Shown here: positions 9,104 to 19,040 of the stretch, piece after piece
Layout of the letters: the number at the start of each line of letters is the position of its first letter
Position numbering within the stretch: the first letter of the stretch is position 1
From: Acidobacteriota bacterium
GTDB lineage: Bacteria > Acidobacteriota > UBA890 > WLXD01
Direction of reading: 5' to 3'
NCBI GenBank assembly: GCA_965248695.1
Contig: CBDFKD010000002.1
Location: 4,512,001 to 4,576,000, forward strand
Length of the DNA: 64,000 nucleotides
Translations under genes and position numbers: made by a program
Notes under the pieces: model-generated
Seen by the model: only the letters and a program-made list of their open reading frames with translations
Told to the model about the DNA's origin: nothing
Databases searched by the model: none

Positions 9104-10849
9104 ATGACCGACCTCGATGACCGGCTTGCCGACTTGGAAGAGCGCATCCGCCGACTCGAGGAGGCCCGGGGAACGGCGGGGGCACCGGCGGTCACCGCAG
9201 AAGTGCCGGTGGGTGCAACTACACCGCCCCGACAGCGGCGAATACCGGCGGAGCGCGAGAGGCCGCCGCTACGCTCCGACTCGCCACCAGCGCCACCCAT
9301 CGCGGCCGCCGGCGTCGACGAGCCTCGGCTGTCGGTAGCAACCGGAGTGCTCGGCGTCAGCGGCGCCGTGGCGTTGGTGCTCGCCGCGATGTACCTGATC
9401 CGCCTGGCGATTGATTCCGGATGGCTGACGCCGACGCGTCAGATCGGCCTCGCCACGCTCAGCGGCTTGGCGCTCATCGGGCTCGGTCTGATGCTCGCCG
9501 GGCGTCAGCCGGGCGCGGCGGCGGGAGCGGGTCGGCGCCGTTACGCGGCGTTGTTGCCCGGCGCCGGTGTCGTGATCCTGTTCTTAACGGTGTACGGGGC
9601 GCATGTGTATCACGGGCTCATCTCGGCGCCAGTGGCGACCGCTGCCGTTGCCAGCGTGTGCCTGGCCTCGCTGTGGCTCGGCCATGTCTTCGGCACCGAT
9701 CTTTACGCGCTCTTTGCGGTAGTAGGCGCCTATTCGACGCCGTTCTTCCTGTCGACTTCGCAGCTCGATCTGGAGGACTTGCTCATCTACTTCTCCGCCT
9801 GGAGCATCCTCTTCTGCGTGCACGCGCTGTGGGTCGGCTCGCGCACCGCCTATCTCGTGGCGATGTATCTGGCGATCGTGGGATTCGATCTGATCTGGCG
9901 CGACGCCGGGCAGCCTGACTGGTCGACGGCAGCTATCTACCAGGCAATCCAGTTCTTCATTTTCACCGCTACGGCGGTGGTGTACTCGGTGCGGCGCGAC
10001 GAGCCGATGACCGAAACCGAAGCGGCATGCGGTCATATGCCGGCGTTGTTGATCTTCTACGTGCTCGAGTATTCGATCCTCGATCGGCACCTGGAGGCAT
10101 GGGCGCCGTGGATCGCCTTCGCCAGCGTGCTGGCGTTGTTCGTGGCGCATTTCGTTGCCACACGGGTGATGCGTAGGAGCACCGCGGCCAGCGGCGCGAT
10201 CGTGGGTGTCTACGCCGTGTTGGTTACCTTGCACGCCGGCTACGTGGAGCTACTCCCGGGCCGGTGGGCGCCGTGGGTGGCGCTTGCGGCCGTGCTTGCC
10301 AGCGCAGTGCTGGCGCGCGGTGACGCCGGCACCGGGGTTACCGCGCGGCTGGCGCAGCTGGCGCTGTTTGCTGTGTTCGCGCTCAACTACCTGCGCGTGC
10401 TAAGCGATCTCGACATGAGTCAAGTACCCGGTGAAATGTGGCTGCGGCTGCTGTATCCGGCAGTGTTGTATGCCGGCTACGGGCTGACGCGGCAGGAGGA
10501 GGGGCGGCTCGGGTTTCGCGTGCCGTTGCTGTACGCCGCACACATCGCCGCCATGGCTGCGGTCGTGTGGTTCGTCGATGCGAGCTTCCTTACGTCCGTG
10601 CTCTGGGGAACGATCGCAGTTGCGGGTCTCACTGTCGCCGTGTGGCTGCGCGACAGGCCGCTTGGACGGTCGTCATTTCTGGTGTTCGCAGTCTCCGGCT
10701 TGAAAGTGCTGCTCTATGATCTGGCAGGCGCTGCGCCGCTGGTGCGCATCGGTAGCTTGGTGGCGCTGGGTGTGAGTCTCTTCGTGGGTGGCTGGCTGTA
10801 TCAGGAGCTCAGCACCTCCTCCACTCCCCGGCAACGAAGCCAGAGCTGA
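9104..10849 (+). CDS. DUF2339 family multi-pass membrane protein
   Basis: N-terminal coiled coil plus Pro-rich linker; AIDSGWLTP.RQI, LFLTVYGAH..HGLI and C-terminal LKVLLYDLA...RIGS motifs; many TM helices. Confidence 0.85.
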   Translation: MTDLDDRLADLEERIRRLEEARGTAGAPAVTAEVPVGATTPPRQRRIPAERERPPLRSDSPPAPPIAAAGVDEPRLSVATGVLGVSGAVALVLAAMYLIRLAIDSGWLTPTRQIGLATLSGLALIGLGLMLAGRQPGAAAGAGRRRYAALLPGAGVVILFLTVYGAHVYHGLISAPVATAAVASVCLASLWLGHVFGTDLYALFAVVGAYSTPFFLSTSQLDLEDLLIYFSAWSILFCVHALWVGSRTAYLVAMYLAIVGFDLIWRDAGQPDWSTAAIYQAIQFFIFTATAVVYSVRRDEPMTETEAACGHMPALLIFYVLEYSILDRHLEAWAPWIAFASVLALFVAHFVATRVMRRSTAASGAIVGVYAVLVTLHAGYVELLPGRWAPWVALAAVLASAVLARGDAGTGVTARLAQLALFAVFALNYLRVLSDLDMSQVPGEMWLRLLYPAVLYAGYGLTRQEEGRLGFRVPLLYAAHIAAMAAVVWFVDASFLTSVLWGTIAVAGLTVAVWLRDRPLGRSSFLVFAVSGLKVLLYDLAGAAPLVRIGSLVALGVSLFVGGWLYQELSTSSTPRQRSQS

Positions 10850-10854
10850 GGGTC

Positions 10855-13101
10855 GTGCGACCGACGGCCAGGGTGCCTGTCTGCGGGTCAGCTCTGAGTC
10901 CCACCGTGGGGCGGTGGCTGCGCGTGTGTATCGGCGTGTCGATCGGGCTGCTGGCGGCGACCGCCGCCGCTGCGCAGACTGCTCCCGAGGAAACCAAGCT
11001 CACCAGGGCGACCTTTACCGATACTCCGCCGCTCCTCGATGGTCGCGTCGACGACGCCGTCTGGGAGGCGGCCGAGGTCATCACCGACTTCGTGCAGAAA
11101 GACCCGGTCGCTGGCGCCCAACCGTCACGCCGCACCGAGGTCCGGATTCTCTACGACAAGAGCAACATCTACTTCGGATGGACGATGTACGACGATCCGG
11201 AGGCGATTGTGGCGACGTCGCTCGAGCGCGACAGGTTCAAGATCGACGACGACCACATCACCATGGTGCTCGACACCTTCCACGACCACCGCAATGCCTT
11301 CATGTTCGCGGTCAACCCGCTGGGCACGAAGTTCGATTGGGCGATCACCGACGAGAGTCAGGTGAACGGCAACTGGGACGAGGCCTGGGAAACCGCCACC
11401 GTGATCACCGAGGACGGCTGGGAGGCGGAAGTCGTGATCCCGTTCGCCATTCTCCGGTATCCGGCCGGGACGCACGTGTGGGGCCTGGAGCTGGACCGCG
11501 GCATCGGTCGCCATCGCGAGGAGATCAACTGGAACAACTTCGGCCGCGACTACGACTGGCGCGCAATCTCGCAGTCGGGGCACCTCGCCGGGTTGGAGAA
11601 CCTCCAGCTTACCGATCGATTTCGCTTCAAGCCGTTCGCCACTGCGGGTTACGACTCACTGCGGCAACGGGATCAGCCGGTGTCGGAAGGAAAAGGAAGG
11701 GGAGAGCTCGGCGTCGAGGTCTTCAAGATCCAGCTGACCCCGAACCTGACCGCCAACTTGACGGCGAACACCGATTTCGCCCAGGTGGAGGTCGACGACC
11801 AGCGCGTGAACCTGACGCGTTTTTCGTTGTTCTTCCCCGAGAAGCGTGAGTTCTTCCTGGAGGCCAACGACAGCTTCACCTTCGGTACGCTTTCGCGCCG
11901 CGGTCAAGGAGGGGGTGGGGGCTTCGGCCGCCAGCCGCCGCTGGCACTACTGTTCTTTTCGCGGCGCATCGGCCTCGGCCCGGGCGGCGAGCCGGTTCCG
12001 ATCCGTTTCGGCGGCAAGCTCACCGGTAAGATCGGTAGTGGCAGCGTCGGATTGCTCAACGTCCAGACAGGTGACTCGCAGTTCGGCGCCGGCCAGAACT
12101 ACACCGCGGTGCGGTGGAAGCAGGACGTACTCGACCGCTCCAGCGTCGGGGCGCTGGTCACCAACGTGCAGCGCCCCAATGGCGAGTTCAATCGAGTATT
12201 CGGTGCGGACGTCGATTTCACCTTCTTTGACCACCTCTTTGTTTCCGGCTTTGTCGCCGGTTCCAACGATAGTGAGATAGACGGCACCCCATGGGCAGGG
12301 CAGTTCAGCGTTGGTTGGGACACCGACAGGTTCGGGGCCTCGGGCGACGTGACGTACATCGACGAGGACTTCGACAGCGATCTCGGCTTTGTCCGGCGGC
12401 GCGACATCATTCGCCAGAACTATCAGGCGCGCTGGTCGTCGCGCCCGGACTGGGCCGTACTTCGGCGCACGTCGCTGACCGGCTCACTCGAGCACATCAC
12501 TGACACTGTCGGAGATCTCGTGTCTCGTCGGGCTGCCGCCGATGTCAACTTCGAGCTCGATTCGGGCGACCGGATCACGCTCAGCGTGCACCGCAACTTC
12601 GAGCGGCTGGATTTCGATTTCCAGATCGACGAGACGATCGCCATACCGATCGGGAGCTACTCCTGGACCGATGGCCGTGTCAGCCTGCGGACCACGGACC
12701 GGCGCTGGCTCAGCGGCAACGTCAACCTGGATCTGGGTGATTTCTACGACGGCAGGCGAATCGGTATTGGCGGCGGGCCGGCGATTCGGTTCAGCGAGCG
12801 CTTCGGGCTGCGGCCAGAGTACAGCTACAATCGCATCCGACTGCCGGGCGGGGAGTTCTCGACCCACCTGGTGCGCGTGCGTGCCAACTTGCATTTCTCC
12901 GATCGAGTGCTGATCGACACGCTCGCCCAGCACAGCAGCGTCAGCGATCAGCTGTCGCTGTTCGCCCGCCTGCGCTACATCTATCGGCCCGGTGACGATT
13001 TCTATCTCGTCTACCGGCAATCGACAGCGTACGAAGGCGTGTTCGACGGCCTCGACGATCGGTCGCTGACCGCCAAGATGACCTACGCGTTCGACTGGTA
13101 G
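10855..13101 (+). CDS. CBM9-like domain + DUF5916 outer-membrane beta-barrel protein (copy 2)
   Basis: Collinear paralog of 3720..6284 with the same motifs (NLTRFSLFFPEKREFFLE); ends in aromatic Trp (YAFDW). Confidence 0.87.
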   Translation: MRPTARVPVCGSALSPTVGRWLRVCIGVSIGLLAATAAAAQTAPEETKLTRATFTDTPPLLDGRVDDAVWEAAEVITDFVQKDPVAGAQPSRRTEVRILYDKSNIYFGWTMYDDPEAIVATSLERDRFKIDDDHITMVLDTFHDHRNAFMFAVNPLGTKFDWAITDESQVNGNWDEAWETATVITEDGWEAEVVIPFAILRYPAGTHVWGLELDRGIGRHREEINWNNFGRDYDWRAISQSGHLAGLENLQLTDRFRFKPFATAGYDSLRQRDQPVSEGKGRGELGVEVFKIQLTPNLTANLTANTDFAQVEVDDQRVNLTRFSLFFPEKREFFLEANDSFTFGTLSRRGQGGGGGFGRQPPLALLFFSRRIGLGPGGEPVPIRFGGKLTGKIGSGSVGLLNVQTGDSQFGAGQNYTAVRWKQDVLDRSSVGALVTNVQRPNGEFNRVFGADVDFTFFDHLFVSGFVAGSNDSEIDGTPWAGQFSVGWDTDRFGASGDVTYIDEDFDSDLGFVRRRDIIRQNYQARWSSRPDWAVLRRTSLTGSLEHITDTVGDLVSRRAAADVNFELDSGDRITLSVHRNFERLDFDFQIDETIAIPIGSYSWTDGRVSLRTTDRRWLSGNVNLDLGDFYDGRRIGIGGGPAIRFSERFGLRPEYSYNRIRLPGGEFSTHLVRVRANLHFSDRVLIDTLAQHSSVSDQLSLFARLRYIYRPGDDFYLVYRQSTAYEGVFDGLDDRSLTAKMTYAFDW

Positions 13102-13151
13102 TGGCGCGTTCGGAGGGCCGTCAGCGTGGTCATGTCGGCGCGGCGGGTACG

Positions 13152-14324
13152 TCAGTCGTCCTCGTACTCGTGCTCGGCCTCGATCAGCGCCCCCTCCGCG
13201 AAGCGTTGCGGCCTGAACGCGGTGATGTCCACGGTCGAGGCGTGGCCGTCGAGTAGCAGCTCCGACATCACGACGCCGATCGCCGGCGAGATCTTGAAGC
13301 CCATGCCGCTGAAACCGGCGGCGACGTACAGTCCGGAGACCTCCGGAGTTTCACCAAGGATGGGACGAGTGTCCGGGCTGACGTCGTAGATGCCGGTGAC
13401 CGCCCGCTGGATGCCGGCCTCCTCGAGGGCAGGCACCCGGTGTGCCGCGCTCATCACCAGGTCGGCGAGCTCCTCTTCGGGCGGGTTGTCCTGGAAGTCG
13501 TTCGGGTCCACCTGGCGATCGCCGTAGAAATCGCCAACAAGCGTGACGTCACCGGCATCCGAACGGAAGTATGTCCGGGTGATGGAATCGATGCAGGCGC
13601 AACCGGACGGCTTCATCTCGGACGTGTTCTGGAGCACAGCCACCTGGTGGTACTCGGGCTCGATCGGTAGGTCGACGCCTGCCGTTTGCAGCAGGGGCGA
13701 GCTCCATGGCCCCATTGCGCATACGACCATCGGCGCCTCGATGCTGCCCTGGTCGGTTTCCACGCCGCGGATACGGTTATCCTCCACGTGAAGTCCAGTG
13801 ACTGGGGTATGTGGCCTGTAGTCGACGCCCATCTCGCGGGCGCGCGACAGGAAGTCGCCAGCGACGACGGCACCGTCGCCGTACCCGGAATCCGGTTCGT
13901 AGGCGGCCAGAGCGATGTCTTCGACGTTCCAGTCGGGCTCGATATCGGCTAGCTCTGCGCCGTTGAGCAGCTCGACGCGGGCTCCGAGCCCGCGTTGCAT
14001 CTCTACCTGGGCGCGGAGCCGTCCGATTTCGGCCTCGGGAACCAGGCGGACGAAGCCGACGTTGCGGAACAGCGCCGGGCGCTCGACGATGTCTTCCCAG
14101 TTCTGGAAGATCTCCAGGCTGCGCAGCGCCAGCTGCACCTCGGCGGGGAAGCTGTAGTGCATGCGGATGAGGGCCGACGATCGGCCGCTACCGCCAGCTG
14201 CAACCACGTCTCGGTCGAGCAGCACCACGCGCCCGGGCGAGCGTCGTGCGAGCTGGAAAGCGATCGATGTGCCGATGACGCCGGCGCCCAGGACAACGAT
14301 GTCAGCGGTGTTCTTGTCGCTCAT
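13152..14324 (-). CDS. FAD-dependent oxidoreductase, sarcosine oxidase beta/DadA (DAO) family
   Basis: GAGVIGTS, GGSGRSSALIRMHY, YEPDSGYGD, YDVSPDTRPILG, GFSGMGFKISPAIG. ATGA overlap with the upstream gene. Confidence 0.88.
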   Translation of the reverse strand: MSDKNTADIVVLGAGVIGTSIAFQLARRSPGRVVLLDRDVVAAGGSGRSSALIRMHYSFPAEVQLALRSLEIFQNWEDIVERPALFRNVGFVRLVPEAEIGRLRAQVEMQRGLGARVELLNGAELADIEPDWNVEDIALAAYEPDSGYGDGAVVAGDFLSRAREMGVDYRPHTPVTGLHVEDNRIRGVETDQGSIEAPMVVCAMGPWSSPLLQTAGVDLPIEPEYHQVAVLQNTSEMKPSGCACIDSITRTYFRSDAGDVTLVGDFYGDRQVDPNDFQDNPPEEELADLVMSAAHRVPALEEAGIQRAVTGIYDVSPDTRPILGETPEVSGLYVAAGFSGMGFKISPAIGVVMSELLLDGHASTVDITAFRPQRFAEGALIEAEHEYEDD

Positions 14325-15931
14325 ACGCGCCTCCGGCGCAGGTCGCCAAGCACTTGCTTGGCAGCGTTGTGGCCCGGCGCCGCGGTAACACCGCCACCGG
14401 GATGTGCGCCAGCACCACACAGATAGAGTCCGTCGACGGGCGTTCGGTACTGTGCCCACCCCGGTATCGGGCGCATGAAGAACAGCTGGTCAATGCTCAG
14501 GTCGCCGTGGAAGATGTTGCCCTCCGTGAGGCCGTAAGTGCGCTCCAGGTCAAGCGGGGTAAGCACCTGTCGCGCCACGATGGCGTCGGGGACATTGGGA
14601 GCGTACTCACCGATCTTGGTGACGACGCGATCGCCCAGCAACTCGCGGTTGTCATCCCAGCTCCCTTCTCGAAGTTGGTACGGCACATACTGCACGAAAC
14701 ATCCCACGACGTGGCGGCCGGCCGGGGCCAACGTGTCGTCGATCACCGATGCCCAGACACAATCCACCCACAGCTGCTCGGGAATCTCGCCCATCTTGGC
14801 GATGTCGTAGCAGCGCTCGGCGAACTCCAACGACGGCACCAACGTGAAGAGCGATCGCTGCGCGGGGCTGGCGTCCCTGGGCATACCGTTGACCCGGGGC
14901 TCTTCGGAAAGGACCAGGTTCACTTTGGCGCACGGACCGTCCATCTTTATGCCGGCGATCGCCGAGCGGAACTCGTCGTCCAGCATCGCCGGCTCGACCA
15001 GGCCGAGGAAGGTGCGCTTGGGGTCGGCGTTCGAGACCACCGTGGCGGCGCTGATCTCGGTCCCGTCCTCCAGAACGACGCCGTGGGCACGTTCCTCCAC
15101 CACCGTGATTCGGCTCACCGGGCTCGACGTCCGGATCTCGACCCCGAGTTGCCGGCAGGCAGCCGCCATCGCCTCGGTGATGGCGCCCATGCCACCGATG
15201 ACGTGCCCGGAGAAACCCTGCTGGTCGTGTTCGCCGCCCGAGAGCAGATGGAACAGCAAGCCGATCGCGGTACCCGGCTGGTAGGGTCCGCCGTGCTTGC
15301 CGTAAACGTTGTTGGCCAGAAACAGCGTCTTGACCTCGTCCGACTCGTAGTTGCGATCCAGGAACTCGCCCAGGCTACCGGTCAGGAAGGACACCAGCCG
15401 ACCCATCTCGTCACCGGTCATCCCGAGGAATCGACGCCCCACTCGCAGGAGCTCCACGAGGCCAGAGAGTCCACGGGTGTGGACGTCGGGCGGTGGCTCC
15501 ATGAAGAACGGCTGCAGGTATCGCGCCAGCTGTTTGAGGTCCTCCTCGACGCGCACGAAAGTGCGAGCGTCGCGCTCCGAGTAGCGGGCGAGCTCGGCTA
15601 CGGTGCGCTCGCGATCGTGCCACCACGGCAAGACCGTCCCCTCGGGGAACGCTACCTGCAGCGAGGGATCGCAGGGGACCATACGCAGCCCGTGCTCGCC
15701 CAGCTTCAGATCGCGGATCACCTCGGGGCGCAACATGCTGGCGATGTAAGAGGTGGTGGAAGCGCGGCAACCGGGGGCGATCTCCTCGGTGACGCAGGCA
15801 CCACCGACGATCTCGCGCCGCTCGAGCACCAGCGTTCGTAGGCCGCCCTTGGCAAGGTAGGCGGCCGCTACCAGGCCGTTGTGCCCGGCACCGACGACGA
15901 TGACGTCGAAGTCTGTGGTGCGGTGTCCCAT
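14321..15931 (-). CDS. Phytoene dehydrogenase-like (PYROXD2-type) FAD oxidoreductase
   Basis: GAGHNGLVAAAYLA, GGACVTEE, GGMGAIT, TPLDLE...GNIFHG, LYLCGAGAHPGGGV. Confidence 0.88.
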   Translation of the reverse strand: MGHRTTDFDVIVVGAGHNGLVAAAYLAKGGLRTLVLERREIVGGACVTEEIAPGCRASTTSYIASMLRPEVIRDLKLGEHGLRMVPCDPSLQVAFPEGTVLPWWHDRERTVAELARYSERDARTFVRVEEDLKQLARYLQPFFMEPPPDVHTRGLSGLVELLRVGRRFLGMTGDEMGRLVSFLTGSLGEFLDRNYESDEVKTLFLANNVYGKHGGPYQPGTAIGLLFHLLSGGEHDQQGFSGHVIGGMGAITEAMAAACRQLGVEIRTSSPVSRITVVEERAHGVVLEDGTEISAATVVSNADPKRTFLGLVEPAMLDDEFRSAIAGIKMDGPCAKVNLVLSEEPRVNGMPRDASPAQRSLFTLVPSLEFAERCYDIAKMGEIPEQLWVDCVWASVIDDTLAPAGRHVVGCFVQYVPYQLREGSWDDNRELLGDRVVTKIGEYAPNVPDAIVARQVLTPLDLERTYGLTEGNIFHGDLSIDQLFFMRPIPGWAQYRTPVDGLYLCGAGAHPGGGVTAAPGHNAAKQVLGDLRRRRV

Positions 15932-16000
15932 GGCTCATGCCAGTAGTGGTGGACCGATACCCGATCGCCGCCGCAGGCGACGACGGTGCGCGCTTGGCTG

Positions 16001-17269
16001 CTAGCCCACTCCCTGCCAGAGATCCTCGACGCGGAATACCACCTCACCGTCGCCTCGGACCGTCCAGGCGGTGATCGGGTTGAGATGGTAGGAGGTGTCG
16101 GGGCGGCCCCGTACCTTAACCAATTCCGCTCCGGTGGGCTGCACGGTGCCGGTCTCGTCTACGGCGCGACTGAGGATCTGGGTCTCGGCACCGTCCCAGT
16201 GCCACAGATGGCGGAAGCGTGTATGGGCTTTCGAAAGCACCGGTGGCTGCAGCTGCGCCGGCGCCCAGGAGCGCCCGGAGTCAGTGCTGATGTCGACGCG
16301 CTGGATCTTGCCGTTACCGCTCCAGGCAAGGCCGCGAACCTCCACCCACCCGGGCTGTAGATGGTTCGGATAGGCAGGGAACGTGATGATCGATCGCGCG
16401 CTCATCACGAAGCTGAACATCCGAGCATTGCCGTCGGTGTGAACCTCGGTGTAGCGCGCGGTTTCCTCGCGGGTCATGAAGGGAGCGTCCGACACCTCGA
16501 TGCGTCGTAGCCATTTGACGCTGGAGTTGCCCTCCCATCCCGGCAGCAGTAGGCGCATCGGGTAGCCTTGTTCGGGACGCATTGCCTCGCCGTTCTGTGC
16601 GTACGCGATCATGGCGTCGTCCCACCCCTTGCTCATGGGCACGCTCCGGGTCATCACCGCCGCGTCCGCCCCCTCGGCGAGAAACCATGTCGCCTCCGGC
16701 TTGGCGCCGACCTCGCGGAAGATCGTCGACAGCAGCACCCCGGTCCATTCGCTCTGGCTGGTCATCCCGCAGATGTCGCCCGGGGTGTTTTCCTCACGGG
16801 CGTACCAGTAGAGGTTGCCGGCGCATTCGAGAAAACAGATTCGCGAGACGGCCGGAAAGCGCCGTAGCTCATGCAGCGTCAGCTTCAGCGGCTGGTCGAC
16901 CATGCCGTGGACCAGTAGATGGTGACGTTCCGGGTCGATCTGCGGTACGCCGCCGTGATGGCGCTCGAAGTGCAGGCCCGAGGGTGTGAGCATGCCGTAC
17001 AAATCTTGCAGCGGCGTGCGCGAGCCACGCGCGCTGGTGAGGATGCGCGATGGCTGCTCGAAGGACGAACGGTCACCGATGGCGCGTGAGTCCGCGCCGG
17101 GGCGCTTGGTGGGATCCTCCGCGGTCGACGGAATCCCCTGCGCCGGTGTCTGGATCATCCTGCCGTCGGCCGAACGAGTCAGAACAACCCCGGCCGCCGC
17201 CGTCGCTCCGGCAAGCAACTTGCGGCGGCTAATGGCACTGGTGCGCTCAGGCGGTTTCCTATTGCTCAT
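16001..17269 (-). CDS. soxC: Sulfite oxidase-family molybdoprotein, SoxC/sulfite dehydrogenase-like, Tat-exported
   Basis: Tat SRRKLL; TPSGLHFERHHGG; Mo-ligand Cys in FLECAGN; QNGEAMRPEQGYPMRL; VKWLRRI; GLAWSG. Confidence 0.88.
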   Translation of the reverse strand: MSNRKPPERTSAISRRKLLAGATAAAGVVLTRSADGRMIQTPAQGIPSTAEDPTKRPGADSRAIGDRSSFEQPSRILTSARGSRTPLQDLYGMLTPSGLHFERHHGGVPQIDPERHHLLVHGMVDQPLKLTLHELRRFPAVSRICFLECAGNLYWYAREENTPGDICGMTSQSEWTGVLLSTIFREVGAKPEATWFLAEGADAAVMTRSVPMSKGWDDAMIAYAQNGEAMRPEQGYPMRLLLPGWEGNSSVKWLRRIEVSDAPFMTREETARYTEVHTDGNARMFSFVMSARSIITFPAYPNHLQPGWVEVRGLAWSGNGKIQRVDISTDSGRSWAPAQLQPPVLSKAHTRFRHLWHWDGAETQILSRAVDETGTVQPTGAELVKVRGRPDTSYHLNPITAWTVRGDGEVVFRVEDLWQGVG

Positions 17270-17963
17270 GAGGACGGAACCGATCGTGGGCCGGCATCAC
17301 GACCCGGGGCAGAGATTCGCGGTTCATCTCGACGTCCCCGGCAACGATCTCGTTGCGGTACAGCAAGTACGCGGTGAGACCATAGACGTCGTCGTTGGAC
17401 AGTGAGCCCGGAGATTCGGTCGGCATGGTGCGCCGGATGTAGTCGAACACAGTGGTTGCGTAGGGCCAGTAGCTACCGATCGTCTTCGGCTGCGTCGGGT
17501 CCTGCGCGAACGGGAAGGCATCGTTCGGCTGTCTGCCGACCAGAATGTTGTAAGGACCCTCTACACCAGTCGCCCCATGGCATGAGCTACAGCGCGCGGT
17601 GTACACGCTAGCGCCCGACGCAACGGTACCGCTACCGGGCGGCAAGCCCTTGCCGTCGGGGCGGACATCGATGTCCCACGCGGCGATCTCGTTCTCGCTG
17701 GCGGCGTGCCCGAACTCGAAACGCGCCGGCCAGCCATCGGTAGCATCCTGCCCCGATGGGGGCGAATCTTGCTGGCGGCTGGCTGCTCCCGACTCCTGCG
17801 GACGAGAAAAACCGTCCCCGTATGCTGGAAGCGCCAGCGGAAGCGCGGCGAACACCACAAACACCGCGGTCACGGATGCGACAGGAGGACGTGGAGGCGG
17901 CCGCCGGATCACAGCGCGGAAGGCAGGTGATGGGGCTCGACTGCGCGGACTCGCTCGAAGCAT
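17259..17963 (-). CDS. soxD: Monoheme cytochrome c, SoxD-like
   Basis: WDIDVRPDGKGLPPGSG, heme motif CSSCH, TIGSYWPYATTVFDYIRRTMP; overlaps the soxC start. Start codon uncertain. Confidence 0.82.
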   Translation of the reverse strand: MLRASPRSRAPSPAFRAVIRRPPPRPPVASVTAVFVVFAALPLALPAYGDGFSRPQESGAASRQQDSPPSGQDATDGWPARFEFGHAASENEIAAWDIDVRPDGKGLPPGSGTVASGASVYTARCSSCHGATGVEGPYNILVGRQPNDAFPFAQDPTQPKTIGSYWPYATTVFDYIRRTMPTESPGSLSNDDVYGLTAYLLYRNEIVAGDVEMNRESLPRVVMPAHDRFRPHEQ

Positions 17964-18052
17964 TGCCCGGCGATGATACCGTTCGCGAGCGGCCGATGTC
18001 AGGAAACAGTGGCGCCAGAAGGGGCGGCACGTAGCGGACCGAGGAGATCCCG

Positions 18053-19027
18053 ATGGCGATACGCGCGCCGATTCCGCTGTTGGTCCCGTTGCTGGCTTGT
18101 TTGGCGTGTACGGCGACGCCACCGGATCCTGCCACTTCGGCCGCCGAGCATCCTGAAGACGTCGCCGTAGAGCCGTTGCCGGGGTTGCCCGCCGGGGTCT
18201 TCTCGCGCGTGCACGAGATCGACGACGGCGTGTACGTGTACGAGCAGCTCGTCGGCCCTGGCGAGGTCGTCACCACGCTCAGCATGTTTGTGGTGACGCC
18301 GGAGGGCGTGCTGGTGGCCGACGGGCAGGGAAGCCCCGCAGACACGCAGCGCCTGATCCAAGAGGTCGCAAACGTCACCGCCGAGCCGATAACCCACGTG
18401 GTGATCTGCTCGGATCACGGAGATCACACGGCCGGCAACGTGGCCTTCCCTGCGCAGGCGGTCTTCTATGCGCATCCGGCCTCGTCGGCGACGCTTCGGG
18501 AACGGGCAACCCAGCCCGACCGACCGGCCGACGCGGCTCCCGTCACAGTCCCGACCGCGTTGGTGGACGACCGGTTGGAATTGCGAATTGGCGGCACGGC
18601 GGTCGAGATCTTGTTCCTCGGTCGGGCACATACCGGTGGTGATCTGGCCGTCTTTCTACCGGCGGAGAAGATCCTCTTCATGAGCGAGGCCTACTTCAAC
18701 GCGGTTTTCCCGGGTATGGGCACTGCGTACCCGACAGAATGGGTAGCGATGATCGATGCCGCCATGGCCATGGACGTGCGCGCGTACATACCGGGCCACT
18801 CGGTAGTCGGTTCGGCCGAGCTGCTGAGCCGGCAGGAGCTGGCGATGCATCGGCAGGCGGTCCAGCAAGTGATCGTCGAGGCTACGCGCCTTCACAGCGC
18901 CGGGCTGACGGCGGACGAGGCAGTAGAGGCCGCCGATTTCGGCGACCTGGAGGGCTGGGCTGATCGCCAGCTACAGGGGTCACGCGCCATACGGCGCGTA
19001 TACATGGAGCTCAACGATGAGTTGTAA
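18053..19027 (+). CDS. MBL-fold lipoprotein with a degenerate metal-binding motif
   Basis: Lipobox-like LLACLAC; THVVICSDHGDHTAGN (HxHxDH changed to SDHGDH); GRAHTGGD; LFMSE instead of GD; IPGH. Confidence 0.8.
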   Translation: MAIRAPIPLLVPLLACLACTATPPDPATSAAEHPEDVAVEPLPGLPAGVFSRVHEIDDGVYVYEQLVGPGEVVTTLSMFVVTPEGVLVADGQGSPADTQRLIQEVANVTAEPITHVVICSDHGDHTAGNVAFPAQAVFYAHPASSATLRERATQPDRPADAAPVTVPTALVDDRLELRIGGTAVEILFLGRAHTGGDLAVFLPAEKILFMSEAYFNAVFPGMGTAYPTEWVAMIDAAMAMDVRAYIPGHSVVGSAELLSRQELAMHRQAVQQVIVEATRLHSAGLTADEAVEAADFGDLEGWADRQLQGSRAIRRVYMELNDEL

Positions 19028-19040
19028 CGCTGAGGTATCG

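Noticed and set aside
14321-15931. Carotenoid desaturase crtI/crtO
   Set aside because: No crtB/crtE nearby, and it is coupled to an amine-oxidase-type gene. It fits the PYROXD2-like subfamily better.
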